NCBI GenBank assembly: GCA_964304625.1
Contig: OZ199840.1
Coordinates: 4,254,490-4,318,489, forward strand
Source of the DNA: Kudoa neothunni
Lineage: Eukaryota > Animalia > Cnidaria
Length of the DNA: 64,000 nt
Reading direction: 5' to 3'
The position numbers were made by a program, and so were the translations under genes. The notes beneath the pieces were generated by a model that worked only from the letters and a program-made list of their open reading frames with translations, was not told the origin of the DNA and did not search any database. This document shows, one piece after another, positions 12,168 to 26,402 of the stretch (positions are counted from its first letter, which is position 1; each line of letters starts with the position of its first letter).

Positions 12168-14925
12168 TTAATATTTAACTTTTTTTTTCAAGTTATATTT
12201 CGACCGGGACTTTCTTTTCCACACTAGGTAACCTACCCAAACAACGAGAAAGCCTCCAACAGCTGCTGCAGATAAGGCAGCTTCCGAAACTCTAAACGAT
12301 TATGTAATAATAGTAGACAAAAACTTGTTACACGATCCCTTGTTTCCTAAAAATAATAATAACAACGCTAAATGGATATTTAAATAAATTTACGTGGGTT
12401 TTCCCGCAGCTAAAACTACAGTTAATGATTAAATGAATTTTGCTTAAAGTACAGAAAAACATTCAATCACTATTTATATAAAAATTGTTGTTGATACTTA
12501 ATAATTAAAATGATAAATCATATTATAACATATATCGAGTTTCTGTAATAATTAGCAGAATTTATTTAATTACAAAAAATAAATCTCTGTTAAAAGTAAT
12601 AAATAAAATTCTTTAAAGGCAGAAAAATAATAGATGAAAAATTATTTCGTGTGTGATATGAATTTATGACCTTTTTAAGGATCAATATTTAAATGATACC
12701 TGGAGGAACTTCGATATTGGTAACTCTGGTTCTACCCCATGCAAGTACTTCAACCAAATATTTTTTCCTTCGGTCATAATTCAGATCAAACACTATTCGA
12801 TTACAAAGAGGCATTTTCATGCACCATGATGCATTTGTTTGTACTCTGTTTGTTGCAAAGTATGATGTGGGATCTAATTCTGAGATCCTGGGATGACAAG
12901 TATATGCCAACTTCCATCCATTCCCGTGTTGGGCATAAATTCTATAGGCACATTCAGCAGTTTCGGATGGATTTGATAATTCGGCTGTAACGTTGAAACC
13001 GTTTGCACAATATTGGAAAGAAAGGGAAAGTGTTAACAATGCTATTCCAAACAATTTAAATTAGAGCAATCAGTAGATAAAGCGTGTACTTAAATGTATG
13101 CCATTGTATATTTTTAAACCAAAATTCGACGAGGCCACAACTTTGAGTTGGTAAGTGATTTCTGGGTTAAGGCCAATTATTGTATGGATTTCCTTACAGT
13201 AACCAGCACAATACTGATTATTTTTGCATTTAGCACGTGTAAATTCATTTGTTTCATCTCTGCTAACAAAGTACTCGCACGTTTCCTCATTAAGAACTCT
13301 ATCCAATTCTCCATCGACCGCTTTTATAAGCATTGCTGTATACCAAGTAATAGGATTTTGTTCATTAAAATGGTGGCGATCGCTTTTCACTACATATTTA
13401 TAAATATATGTGAATAATGTCTAAAAATTTATAATCACATGTAGTAATATATAATAATTCATTGAATTCCGTTTTACTATGGAGTGATAATGCTTTTATT
13501 TTAAAAATGTAACTTGTCGCCGGCTTAAGGCCCTGAATAATATGAGTTCTATCACAGACTTTATTACACGGACGATTTCTTTCACATTTTGCTGGTACAT
13601 TCATATCGGTAATGGGTATAGTAGCCAACTCAAATTGGACACTGCAGGTATTAATCCAATCTAGTTTTACATTTTTTTGGATTATTGGTATGTTTAGTTG
13701 AAAACTAGTTTGTGTAATGTCCCGAATATAGGGTTGATACTTGTGAGTTTCCCTCATCGGGCGTCTCGTAAAAAACTACGTGAAAGTAATATCTACCATA
13801 AACAACAATTTTATTACCCATTTTTTCGTATACATAAACTCTATCGGCATCGTTTTCTGCATACTCCGTGATATGAAATCTTTGTCTAATACTTATAGTA
13901 ACAATAGCACGTGTTGGCGTAAAAATCAGATCAATATTGTCACATGGAGCCAAACACGGCTTGTCCCCTTCACCACACATCGATGTATATTCCCCTGGCT
14001 CCAATTTTGTATTATCCTTAATACCAAAATGACAAATTTCGTTGGGGAATTTATTTGTAAATTTTAGTCTTAGCCGATTCTCATTATTAGGGTTAAAGGA
14101 GACGTAGAATTGTGGCTTCTTAATGGATATCTGATTTTCGAAAACTTTCAATGGAATTTTGTATTGAAAAATAGGATAATCTTGGCATTTAAATTCATGG
14201 TGTGGTAAATTAAGTGAGCGTAAATCTTTGTTCATACGACTATTGACAATATTCGTAGAACGTAGGAGAAAATTATTGTAATATAGGCCACAAGATGTCT
14301 CTTCGTTAAACCTGTCCACTTGAATATTGAGTTTTCCTGAATTGGAATCAGCTGTCAATCTGAAAACAGGGTTAAATATAGGCACTAAAAAAGAGTAAAA
14401 ATATATAAAACAATATTGTGTACATATGGGAAATCCAAAAACTTTTCCTCCTTGCTTGTGTATTCTGCTATTTACAGGGCTATCTGGGTCAACATCTTTT
14501 ATGTAAAAATATGATTTTTTACGAAAGATGCCTTCCAGTATTAACTCATCACTCTCAGTAGAGCATTTTCGCGAACAAATTGAAAAGGCATGTGGCCCAT
14601 TGTTAGTACATTCGTTAAAATCACGAAACTTAGGGTTATGATTGCCTTGTATCATTATTCGACATTTCCTCTCTCCTGAATATTTAGCTCCACTTAGGCT
14701 AAGCTTCATTCCAAACTTATTTTTGTGAAATACGGGTGTGTACGTAATATTTCTATTGGGTGGAACAGAGTCAGAATCAGCGTCAGTACCGCTACCATCA
14801 TTAGTATCAATAGCGGAATTGCAGAAATATATCGCTAAAGTAGGTTTTTGTTACTAAAGTCAACAATATAATTTACCTACAATACATATGAACAAAACTG
14901 ACAAAAATTGCTGTTTTGCGAACAT
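12168..14925 (-). CDS. Type I membrane protein with signal peptide and ~6 Cys-decorated FN3-like modules (paralog 1)
   Basis: Manual splicing: ATG 14925 MFAKQQFLSVLFICIV|AIYFCNS (signal peptide; intron 14835-14876). FN3 signatures GLKPATSYIFKIKA and GLNPEITYQLKVVA. Microexons 12394-12409 and 12332-12346. Last exon VSEAALSAAAVGGFLVVWVGYLVWKRKSRSKYNLKKKVKY* (TM helix plus basic stop-transfer). One junction near 13750-13835 is ambiguous (alternative donor or 1-bp indel). Confidence 0.85.
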
Positions 14926-17900
14926 ATTTTGGTGGAAGAATTTTTGGAACGTTAATGTACGCCACTGATAATTATATAATTGAGATAAAAAGATTAAACT
15001 TTATATTATTTGAATTGTTTATTATTCAGCGTCTTTATAGATAAATATTTTTCAATTTTTAACACTATTTGATAAAAATATTATTATTTAAATCAATAAT
15101 TTCTCTTCATTGTAATAAAGTTGATTTCTATTATACCATATAGTAACCTTTGTATTATTATGAGAAATTCAGTTGCAATGTAGAATAATGAACGCATTTT
15201 CCGAGTTAAACTTATAGTTAGTTTTTGCATTAATCCTACATTTTTTTAATAAAATTGGTGTGAGATTTAATGAACATTTAATGATAGGGATGAGTGGATT
15301 TCATCCGATAAATTATTTTTTACATCAAATTTATACAATCGCTACAATTAGTCACTTAACGCTGGTATAAATTATGGAAAACCTATTCTTAGAGATATAG
15401 AATTAATAATAGCCAATTGTTATGGTTGAAATATGTCATTTGATAAAAAATAATAATTCTCACACTCAAATTTTAAGACGAATAAAGCATGCTTTACTCG
15501 GTCGATTAAATGATATGGCCTGTGGAAAAAATTGCGTGGGGTTAGCAGTTATTTACATCATAGATTACAGCAACTATTATTGATAATAAATACAGTGCCG
15601 AAAATAACCTACTGGTGATGAAACAATGATAAATACAAAAAAATTAAAATAATCAACAGGTTTGATTTTTATAGTCACCATTGATTTGGATTACAGCCAC
15701 TGTTCTACATTTTATCCAAACAATCCACTATATTCGTTTTAATCAAATGATGTATTGTTGTTATTATTATTGCTACAAGAATGCGGCTATTGCTATTTGA
15801 GATATCATCTTGATCAATGTGACAGAATGTAAAATCATTATGGGCTATACCGTTTAAATAAGGTTATTATATTTAATAACGCTGTAAATTGTTTTATTGA
15901 ATGTAAATTAAGCAGATATGTCAAATAAATTATTTGTATTTTCACACAGTAGATTAAAAACCGAGTCCTCTTAATCACCCTGAATAATTTGGAACCCATT
16001 CGTATTTTTGGTTCTAGTGTAAGATTAAATTAGTTACTTGCTTTTACGTTCGATAGCGAGGATCAGGATGAAAAATAATTCATCGAAAAATTCTCTATCA
16101 AATTTTATCCGAACACGTAATTCTATTTGTGAAATGTCAAGATTTGAAAATTACACCGGATACTTTGATGATTAACGCGTAGGATTAATATTTTTTCTAA
16201 ACTATATAACTGATAATTTGAATTTTCTTTTAGAATGTATCATATTTTTAAATTCGCTAATACACCAATTAAAACATGAAAATAATAAAATGTTTAATCA
16301 GTGAATGATTCCACAATATAAAATACAACCCTTTTTCATTTCTTTCACATGGGGTTTTTCACAACATGCTATGGTTAAAATATTATTTTATTTTGAGCGA
16401 GAAATATGAAAACTATTCTATGTTTATTTTCCCTCATTAAAAATTTTCTCGCAACTTTTTTAATCCCCTCATGATTTTTCCGCACATTCATTTCAATATC
16501 GGTTGTTCTCATCTTTCATTAAATTTTCTACCACAACAAAATTAAAATGGGATTTATAAAATAATCAAGTTATTGTTTTAATTTTTTTAAACACATTCAT
16601 ATAACTCAGACGTAAACCTTTTTCCACTCTACTTATAAAATAATTGACCCGAACATTTTTTGTGCATATTATCTGTGTTCACTTTTAAGTTTTCAATTCG
16701 AAAAAAAATCAGAAATTGTATTCAATATGATAAAACTGAAGAATAGAGGCCATAATCTAAATCATTGACATCGAAAATTACCAATCAGACTTAATTTTTT
16801 ATTTTTGCGTATTTATTAATGTTGATATGAGCAAATTTTAGATTTAGTATTGTATGTATCGTATAAGTTAGTTTAAATAATGGTTAATGTATTTTGTATT
16901 CTCTCGTAATCATTTACGCAGGCTATTATGTAATCGAGTTATAAATAGAATACGTATCTAAAAATTTGATTGTGACAAATTAATTTGCCGTATTATCATA
17001 ATGACTCCTTAAAAATGACCTATTTTTCATTTTGGGAATTTAAAACAATTATTTTATATTTATTAAAGCAATAGATGATTAATTGTAAACAAATTTTCTA
17101 ACATTAATACAAAAAATAATTTATATGAAGAAATTAATGAATTCCTTCCACAAATTGTTCAATAAATATCATAATATTGTAGTTAATTAATTTATAATTA
17201 ATGTTCGGGATAACCGTAATTTTTTTTGGAAATATGACCCCTGTTTTGCAGTTATGCCGAATTATTTTTACTCCCAAGTTTATTTTTTCCGATATTAAAA
17301 AATTGGGTTTAATTATTTAGTTTTAAGAAAATATACGACATTTCAATTTCAACGAAGTGGTTGTTTGTAAGCTTTTCTTCGTACTAATAAATTTTATGTT
17401 GTCTAGTCGAAGTCTGAATTTGTACAAATGATAACAGATTCAAAAATTCATAAAAAGAGTGTTAGATCTCGGGAACATAAAAACGGTCTCATAAGAAAAA
17501 CAGATTATTAAAATACTTATACTTAATCAATTTTTGTAATCTGCATGTAGAGCTGCTCAACAAACATGTTAATGTAATAATTCATTAAGTTTCCAGGCGA
17601 TTTCACTTCAAAGATTAATATAGCATATAGATGATGATTTAAAAATATGTAATTTAGGTTCTTTATTGTTTAATAAATCGAAATTTTATATTTATTATGT
17701 AGTCTTTGAAAGAAATAATTTTGAGTATTATAATAAATAATATGTTCAAAATATCATATAAAAATGTAGATAAATGATATTCATTAACTGTCATTTTATC
17801 CAACATATTAATAGTTTTTATACGTTAACCTTTATTGTATCTAATATCTAGTTAAATTAAAACATCGTATTAAATATTATAATATCCAATTCATTTTATA

Positions 17901-20043
17901 CAATGTTTTGGGCACAATGTTGGGAAAAATAATAAGGGTTCAGAGATTATGCTTATACATAATAAAATAAATTCTATAGATTATATCAATAAATTTATCT
18001 TTTTAAGTATAATCTTATGAATTTATTCATTATTTTTGTTACAATAAGGCAAAAATATTATCTCTAATACATAGGTCGAAATGGATGATAATCTATTCTC
18101 TTGATATTGTAGACGTTAATAGTCGACGCAATAAATAATATTCTTTAGGAAAAAATAAAAAAATGTACAAAAGTTTTAGCTAAATAGGATTTTAGGAAGT
18201 AAAGTCCAGTTCTCATTAAAAAATGGAACTTTTCTCGATAACAACATTATTTTTACAAGGTTACATTCAGCCATTATTCTAATTTATAGATGCACAGTTA
18301 TATTACTTTTTCCTTTTCTCTTCAAGAATCCACAATATATTCCTAAAAACAACGCTAAAACAAGTTGGGGGATAAAAACTCCCAAAAGTCTAAATAACAA
18401 ACTTATAATTGTAACGGAAAATCTAATACATGGCGATGTTTATTCTACAAATAGTTAAAACATAAAAAATATGGTGAGTTACTTCCATTTTCTTTTTTCT
18501 ATCATAAAAATATATATTAAAAAATAAAAACGCTATAGAAAAACCCTAGATGATTATAATTAGAAAATAATATTGTATTTAATCGAAAATTCAAATAATT
18601 AAATTGTGAAAAGTTGTTAATATTAAAACGAGTGTTACAACACTCACGATACTGTGTTTTGACTAATATTTACCACAATGTGCCGATACTCAAAACAGAT
18701 ATCAATAATATTTAAGCATTTAACCGAATATTAAATGATTAAAATCTTTTTTAATATTAAATACATATTTAATATTTTTTAAGGAATAATAACTTTATTT
18801 TTCCTTTCAATTCACCTGGAAATACCATAAAGAAACATAAAAATTCACATAGTTTACAACATCAATTATTTCATCTAATAAGATAAAATATTACTCTATT
18901 TAAAAGATAAAATCGTATCATTTTATTAAAACGTATTTTCATCTAATTAAATAATTAAACACGTGATTTCAACCATTATTCTCGGTGCGCCAATTATTTT
19001 GGGAAATAAAAATTAGCTCATTTATTTAAATATATATATATATATATTACATTTGTAGAAAAGGTTCGAAATTTTTGATTTGAATAAATACAAATATTTA
19101 GATGAAGATATATTTCTCATTAAAAATTGTTCGTAAAAATTTTATCTTATCTAATTTTTTTATTTATATGTTTTAAAAAATAGTAAACAACTAATTTTTA
19201 CATAAATATAAAGCTAAAATTGTAGAACAAATTAATTTTTGTTAAATATTCGTATATATACATTGATATGCGTTTCCTGATATTTTGGCATCACAAATTG
19301 AAAAATTAATGGAAAAAAGTATTATTCTGTATATTAAAATTTATGTGACTTTTTATAAAACCCACATAGTTATATATTAAAATATCTTAATTATCAAATG
19401 GACCATTATTTAACAAATTATTGAATTTAATCAAATGCATTTATCTATATAACTTAGTTAATTTTATGGATTTTTTAAAGACATAATCACAAAAATCGAG
19501 GAATTATATGCCAATAAAACAATTTTTTCATCCCAAAAGATTTGACAAATCATCTTGTTAAATATTATAAAGTTTTTACGCTTAAATTAAATTAAACTAA
19601 ACTAAAGTATTTTAAAGAAATTAGGATATTTGGAGAGTAGAAGATTTATAGCAGAAATATCGATATTAAACCAATGAAATTGAAGGAAATATTACTCCGA
19701 TTATATTCGAGTATTTCTCACATTAATTTTAGAAATTATTAATCTCCTTTTAATATTTTTGTTGATATTATTTTGCTAGTACAAAAAATTGTTTAAGAAA
19801 TTAGATTAATAACGGTTTAATGATGTCCAATACTGATCCATTACATCTAATCGGTACTTACGCCCTACCAATATTTTGTAATATTACTCTAATATTTCTG
19901 GTACCTACCGTTGCCTATAATAAATGATCAAATATTTTTAGATACCATTTTTGGAAGAACCATATTATATCATAAATGAAAAATTATTAAAAATATATTT
20001 AAAAATTAAAATTTTATCGTAATTTGTTTATTTGATATATTAT

Positions 20044-22530
20044 TTAGACTATATTTAGTAGATTGCTCAAATAATATAATAATTCGAATTTAGATACGCG
20101 AATAACGCGGTATCCAACCAGTACTGAAAGTTTCAATATTTTGATTCGTATTTATTTTAAAAATGTGGTATCGGGCAAAAATAATTTTAACGATAACAAA
20201 ATTTTATAGGATACAATAAATTTAGCGAAATTCATTGTATCATTTAAGATAATAATTATTCACAATAATTGATTAATTTTTACATGGAAAAGAAATTAAA
20301 TGGTTTTAAATATCTTAATGATTACCAGATAATAACAAAAGTTTGGCTATTCTTAATTTAAATGTAATTTCGAAAATACTTGGCGAAATAATGATAGAAG
20401 TGAAAGCCCTGTGTGTGCTCATTTCTATCAATTCAACTCCATACTTTTTCTTCGGATCGTAACTATAATTGAACATAATTTCATGGCATGATGGTAGGTG
20501 GGTGCATGATGGTACGTTATTTACAAATCTTATATTTGTAAAATTTGATGGAACTCTATAAAAAATATTTTTGTCGCCGCATGAATACACCAGTTGCCAT
20601 TTGTTCGTTTCCTCAGCATAAACTCTATAAGGACACACAGTAATGCCATCAGGGTTGGATAAGTTTGCCATAACAATAAATCCATCTTCAGTAAATTTAT
20701 ATAAAAGAGATAGGGATGATAATTCTGAATGATAAACAATAAAAAGAGTAGTACATTGTATGTATTATTACTCAATTGAATTCCTTCATATATTTTTATA
20801 CCGAAATAAGAGTATGCTACGACCTTAAGGTCGTAAGTTGACATTGGATTGAGATTGATGATTGTTTTAGTTTCCTTACAAAACCCATTGCATATGTAGC
20901 TATCATAACATTTTGCTCTTTTAAATGAAGCTGTTCCACTTTCTCTAATGAAATAATCGCAAGTAATTTCGTTGAGAACATCTCCCAATTCTCCATCAAC
21001 TGCTTTAATTGATACACTGGTATAACTTGGGTTGAGGTTGGATTCGCTGAGATGATGGTTTGGACTTTTTACTACAATAAATTATAAAGATCACTAGTAA
21101 AGTAATATCACATGTGGTAATAAATATGAGTTCAATAGACTCTTTTCCACTATATTGTGAAATCCCTTTAAGTTGAAATATGTAACTGTTTCCGGGCGTT
21201 AAATTTTGAACATATTGAACTGAATTACAAGCTCTTCTACACGGCTCATCAGTCCCACAGTTTGCCATCGCCACAATTTTCAAATTTGGAATTGTGGCTA
21301 ACTGATATGTAATCTCACAGATGTTATACTGATCAAGAGGTTGATCTGTACGGAATAAAAGTGTATTTAATTGACATCCAGTATCTGAAATATGTGAGAT
21401 AAACTCATTCTTTCCATCACCGTATTCAGTAAATACTAGGAAAAAGTATTATTAAAAATATTATATCTGATGATATACTATTTTTGGTATAGGCATATAT
21501 TGTTGAATTGTGTCTTTTTCGGATGTATATAATTACCTTATGAGTAGAGGGTTTAAAATTCAGCACAACATCATCACAGGGAGCGTAGCACTCCTTAGAA
21601 AAATTTCCGCAAACAGAAGTATAATCTTCTGTGGTTGGATGATCGTCATCGTTTCGAATTTTAAATTGACATATTTCATGTGAAAATTTATTCGTGAACT
21701 TTAACCTCAATAAATTTGATTTTTCATTTTGACGAGAAACATAAAACTGAGGTTTCATTATGGGAGTAATATTTTCAAAATATTTTAGTGGAATTTTATA
21801 GAAAAACATAGGGAGCTTCAGGCATTTGAATTCATAGTGTGAAAGGTGAAGGTGTTTCAACGCGTTGTTAACCAAAGTATTCACAGATTGTGTACTTAAT
21901 AACGAAATGTTATTGTGATAAAGTGCACAAGAGCTTTGATTTTCATCAACTGGTTTGATATCAATATTAAGCCTCCCTGAGTCGGAATCGACAAAAAGAT
22001 TTATGATAGGATCCAAGATGGGCGCTAAAGTTCAATCTTATATCTCAAATTATATTTTATCACATACATATTTGAAACCCAAAAACAACTCCTCGATCTA
22101 ATGGATAACTCTGTGATGTATCATGCATTGATTCGTAATCTTGAATGTATATGAAATTTGTTTTTCGAAACATACCGGATAACAGCAATTTTTTAACTTT
22201 AGTTGAGCATGATCGAAAACACATTCGTTGTGATAACGCTTCATTATTAGTACAATCGGGGAAATCTTTAAAACCAGGGGATTCATTGTTTTCTACAATT
22301 ATTCGACATTTTCTATCCTTAGAGTATAAACTTCCTGTCAGTGTGAGTTCGATATCGTAAGAATCATTCTGACTTATAGCCATGTATGTAACTTTGCTTT
22401 GCCGTGAAGAATTTTCCACGGAGTTGTCGTTACATATTCCTAAAAAATAAATTGAAAGATTTATAAGTACAAGTTTACTATGAATAAATATAAAAATGAT
22501 TGATGGAAATAAATTTTTAATCACCATCAT
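20044..22530 (-). CDS. Cys-decorated FN3-like module protein (paralog 2); 3' end tentative
   Basis: Colinear with paralog 1 with introns at equivalent positions. Shared blocks include YS..RKCRI, GIFRK/GMFRK, GFPI/GFQI, HEFKC/YEFKC, YKIPLK.FEN, KPQFYVS, RLKFTNKF..EIC, IKAVDGEL..VLNE.TC, LKVVA.S.FG.KIY.GI.LS and KKY.VE. FN3 motifs NLTPGNSYIFQLKG and NLNPMSTYDLKVVA. Terminal exons near 20326-20346 and 20044-20123 are inferred. Confidence 0.8.
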
Positions 22531-23600
22531 ACCCGCTTTGATCTTGCTAAGACTATTTGGCCCGCCTAATGCCTGGAAAAAATTTTAGTGATACGATTTT
22601 TTGATAATATTTATTACTAATAGGTTTGAGTATATTTTTTTGTTAAAAAATTAAATTTAATAGCCAAAGGAAACATTGAGAATTTATAACGGTATTTTTA
22701 TTGGTGATTAATCAGTTTATATGGCATTTTAATTTCCGATATAAGCTGGATTAGTTCCCTACTGGAATTTAATGCACTGAATTCGTATAAATTATGACTA
22801 ATTATTTTATTTAATAAGAGAATAAATTTTGTATATATAATAATTTAAATATTATTTTTCGATTAATTTAAAAACTAAAAGTTTGAATGGTTGTAGGCAT
22901 TCCGTCATTAACTCTTATACCCCGGGGAACATTATTGGCCCATTAACAAAATTCCAATAATTATCTCCAATTTGTATTATGTGTATTTATGCTATTTTCA
23001 TTAAATATTTTCCTGCAATTTCATTGCAACATTTATTCTCTGAATTAAAATTTAATTCTCCTTAAATATTTTTTAAATTATATCATTATTTATCCGTACT
23101 TAAAAACAAAAAAACAGTTACTATTTCGACTAGGTCAGTTTATATTGTAACTTTTATTTAAATAGAGCTTATAGTATTTACTTGATAACCGTTTTACTTT
23201 GATAAGAGAGAATTCAGTTAGTTAAGATTAGCGTAATCCCGGCTGTCTTCTATAACTTTCATTAGATGTCAAATTCCTTCATTTTCTATTTATTTAATGA
23301 TCTACACGTTTTTTCAAGTTATCGATAATTTTTCCTATTTTCCTACTGCGCACGAACCATGCACTCTTATTTTTTCCAACGAAAAATCATTTCTTAATTC
23401 TATAATTATATTGATGGATATGTTTTTCTCTTATCTCACGATTTATATCTACAGTTAATTCGTATATTTTTCATTTTCGACACTATTTCTAAAAGTGCGC
23501 AATAACCAAGCTACACAAAAACCCTGCGCTAGGCTATTGTATAAGGTTTTATGAATAAATTTATTACAATTTTTTATTTTAATTTATTGGAAAAAATTCT

Positions 23601-23632
23601 GAGGTCAATTTCACCCCAATATCTTTGGAGGT
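23601..23632. repeat. Solo piggyBac-type end related to the 37481-38732 element
   Basis: GAGGTCAATTTCACCCCAATATCTTTGGAGG resembles GTCAAATTGACCCTAAAATCTTCGGAGGG at 38704-38732. Confidence 0.5.
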
Positions 23633-23656
23633 AGTTCATTTTTTGATACCTTAGAG

Positions 23657-24537
23657 CAGGGGTCACCAAAGTTTTGATTTTCATAAGTTTCGAAAACCTA
23701 TGAGAGAAATTGAATGAAAATAATACAAATATAAAAAAATAATGAATTTGTATTTAATTGTGAAAAGCGAGATTGATTCCTGTCTCGTAGCAGGATTTAG
23801 TATATTTGAGTTTTGAAGCCCCAACGGGATTACGACACATCCGCTGTCTACTGTATAATTCATAACAATTACAAAATTAACTATATTTATGTTTGCAATT
23901 TAGAAAAAACACTTTTCTCAAGCATAAAATTCATAGTTTATTCATTTGATCATAATAAAAAGTTGCGTAGATGCTCATACTTATACGGTGTTCATTTGTC
24001 GAGTTTTAAATTTTTGTATTATTTCTTTATTAACCATCATTTGCAGATAAGTACATAATTTTGTAAAAAACTATATACGATACTAGAAAATACCTAACAA
24101 ATGGTGATGATTGCTCTATTTATCATTTTAAATTTCTAGTATCAAATCAATTAAACTCAACCAGATTAAAACTTTGGGTTAATAAATTTAATTTATAAGT
24201 GTAAATAATTAAGAATTTTAAACTATAAGAAACATTGGAATCATGTAAACCTTGAAATATGTATCATCGATTCCTACGTTTCACATTCAGAGTCTTGGTA
24301 AATTAATGTGTCGACTTTCCTTTTTGTTTCAATTAAGACAAAATAATAACGTTAAATGAATTAAATGAGGATTTCTAATCAACACTCATCTACTAAAATA
24401 ATCTATTGATAACTTTCAAGCAAGTCATCACAACATCGTACACGCGCGCGCAATTGAATATTAGGGTACCCGCGGGCCATATTGAATGTATTGGGATGGC
24501 CAGATTTGACTCGAGGGTTATACTTTGACGACAGTTA
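23657..24537. mobile_element. Non-autonomous hAT (Charlie/MER5-like) element, degraded
   Basis: Left end CAGGGGTCACCAAAGT. Right end CCCGCGGGCCA...GGCCAGATTTGACTCGAGGGTTATACTTTGACGAC is the typical Charlie subterminal pattern. No TSD recognisable. Confidence 0.5.
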
Positions 24538-26402
24538 ACTTTAATAAAATGAAATCACAAACAATTAGATCATTCAAAATTCTCAATTTCAAATGTCGCC
24601 ATGATTTTCGCGCAGGCGCTACACATTTTAACAAACGAACCCGCAAACAACTAGAACTAGGTTATTTAAAATTATCAGTATCGTAATAGCGGACGGAGGC
24701 ATTTTATTCCTACAACGATTAGAATAAAAATAAAATTTGAGTGATGAACGATTTCTTTTAATTAACGTAAAAACCCTCTATTAATCAATCATTTAAAACG
24801 ATTAGATTAAACTAGTAATCAAATTCGCGCATCTTATATAATACTTTAACAAATAAACTGCATAATCGAAATAATAACAAGGTAGCTTATACCAGTGACT
24901 AAAATCATGATAACATGGCGATAAGAGACGAACATTAATTACCAATTTTAGGATTAAGATAATTTATCATACTTTCAGATATTTTAATGTCATCTTAAGC
25001 ATATAAAACAACGATTAATACGTATAAAATTCAATTTCTAAAAATTAAACTAAATCAGATCACACCACTATCACAAATAACACACGAAAAATGCGAGGGT
25101 ATTAAAAGAAGATTAGTCTGTTTGAAATTGTTTAGAGTCAACACACTATTACCATCGAATAAGTGTGGAATAATCAATAATCCGCTTGGGGTAGAATGAG
25201 AAGATGTGTGACAATGTTAGGTACACAATGAATGTGGTTATATCATCAACAATTTGCCAATGATACAAACGATTAACAATGATGAACTCCAGTTAATGCT
25301 CATCAATTAAATGACATTACATGAGATTAGATAAGCACAAATGGAAATCCAGTGAAGCAAATTATAATTAATGGGATTTTTTATTGTGATCGATATAGTG
25401 ATTAATGCGCATATAACCAATATAACCTATATAATGAGTTAGGGTGGGTGGTAGAATATGAAATTGATTACTATAACCCCTACCATTTTCCCACACATGG
25501 GTGTAAGTACGAAACAAATCCAATAGTTATATTTGATATCACGTGAATAAGGATAGCTCACAATTTAGCAGTATTAAAAGTGGCTTGGCCGATCCCCAAC
25601 TAACACACAAAACACGATGTGGTCTCATATAAGGGATTAGTGGGTGGATTTTTATTCGGAAAGGAGGTTAGCCGGCAACCCAACGCAATATTTTAATTTT
25701 TAATCAATCAAAGTGAGTCACAATCAAACAATAGATATGACAATATTTTCCTGACTATTTATCGGTGTTTTCGCAATAAACCATTTCACATTGTGATAAT
25801 TCGTGTTACAAGGCGATCATACCATAATAGCAAATCGAGTGAATAACCAGTAGATTGGTTATCAATAATTGCATTCAACTTCAAATCAATTTAAAACTAG
25901 GTTAGATAACACCTCAAATAGCAACAATTCGGTAAATTTCCATATTCAAATAATATCGGGATTGATCGTGCATTTTCACTTTTAGTCAATTTAATACGGT
26001 GATTACGAGAGCGTTTTTTTCAACTTTTCGTCCACCAGTAAAAAGTAAGATTTTTTTACTAATGGCTACACCTATATTGGTTGGTTGATGAGATATTGAT
26101 GGATCGATATGAAATTTGTTGATAGTTTATGGTTGGATTTTGGCTGAGTGTAGCGAGGTGTTGTTAGTTGTTTAATGTTTGCCTTTGTGGGTTGATTTAT
26201 CAGTCGGCCAGTGTTATAGTTTATCACCGTATTCCGAGTGATTTGGGTTGTTAGTAAGGTGGTGTCATGGGTTGGGTGTCTTTGTTTGGCCAACTCTCGT
26301 CAACCGAACCATTGTTAGTGTACTGCGTGTTGGGCTGTATTAATCTGGAAATATTGTTCTCTAGGTTGATCGATTCTTGTAGCGTTCATTTGGAGAACTC
26401 GC

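Noticed and set aside
15000-20000. Hidden third paralog or other gene between the two Cys-FN3 genes
   Set aside because: No ORF of 60 aa or more, no Cys pattern and no spliceable exons found by eye.
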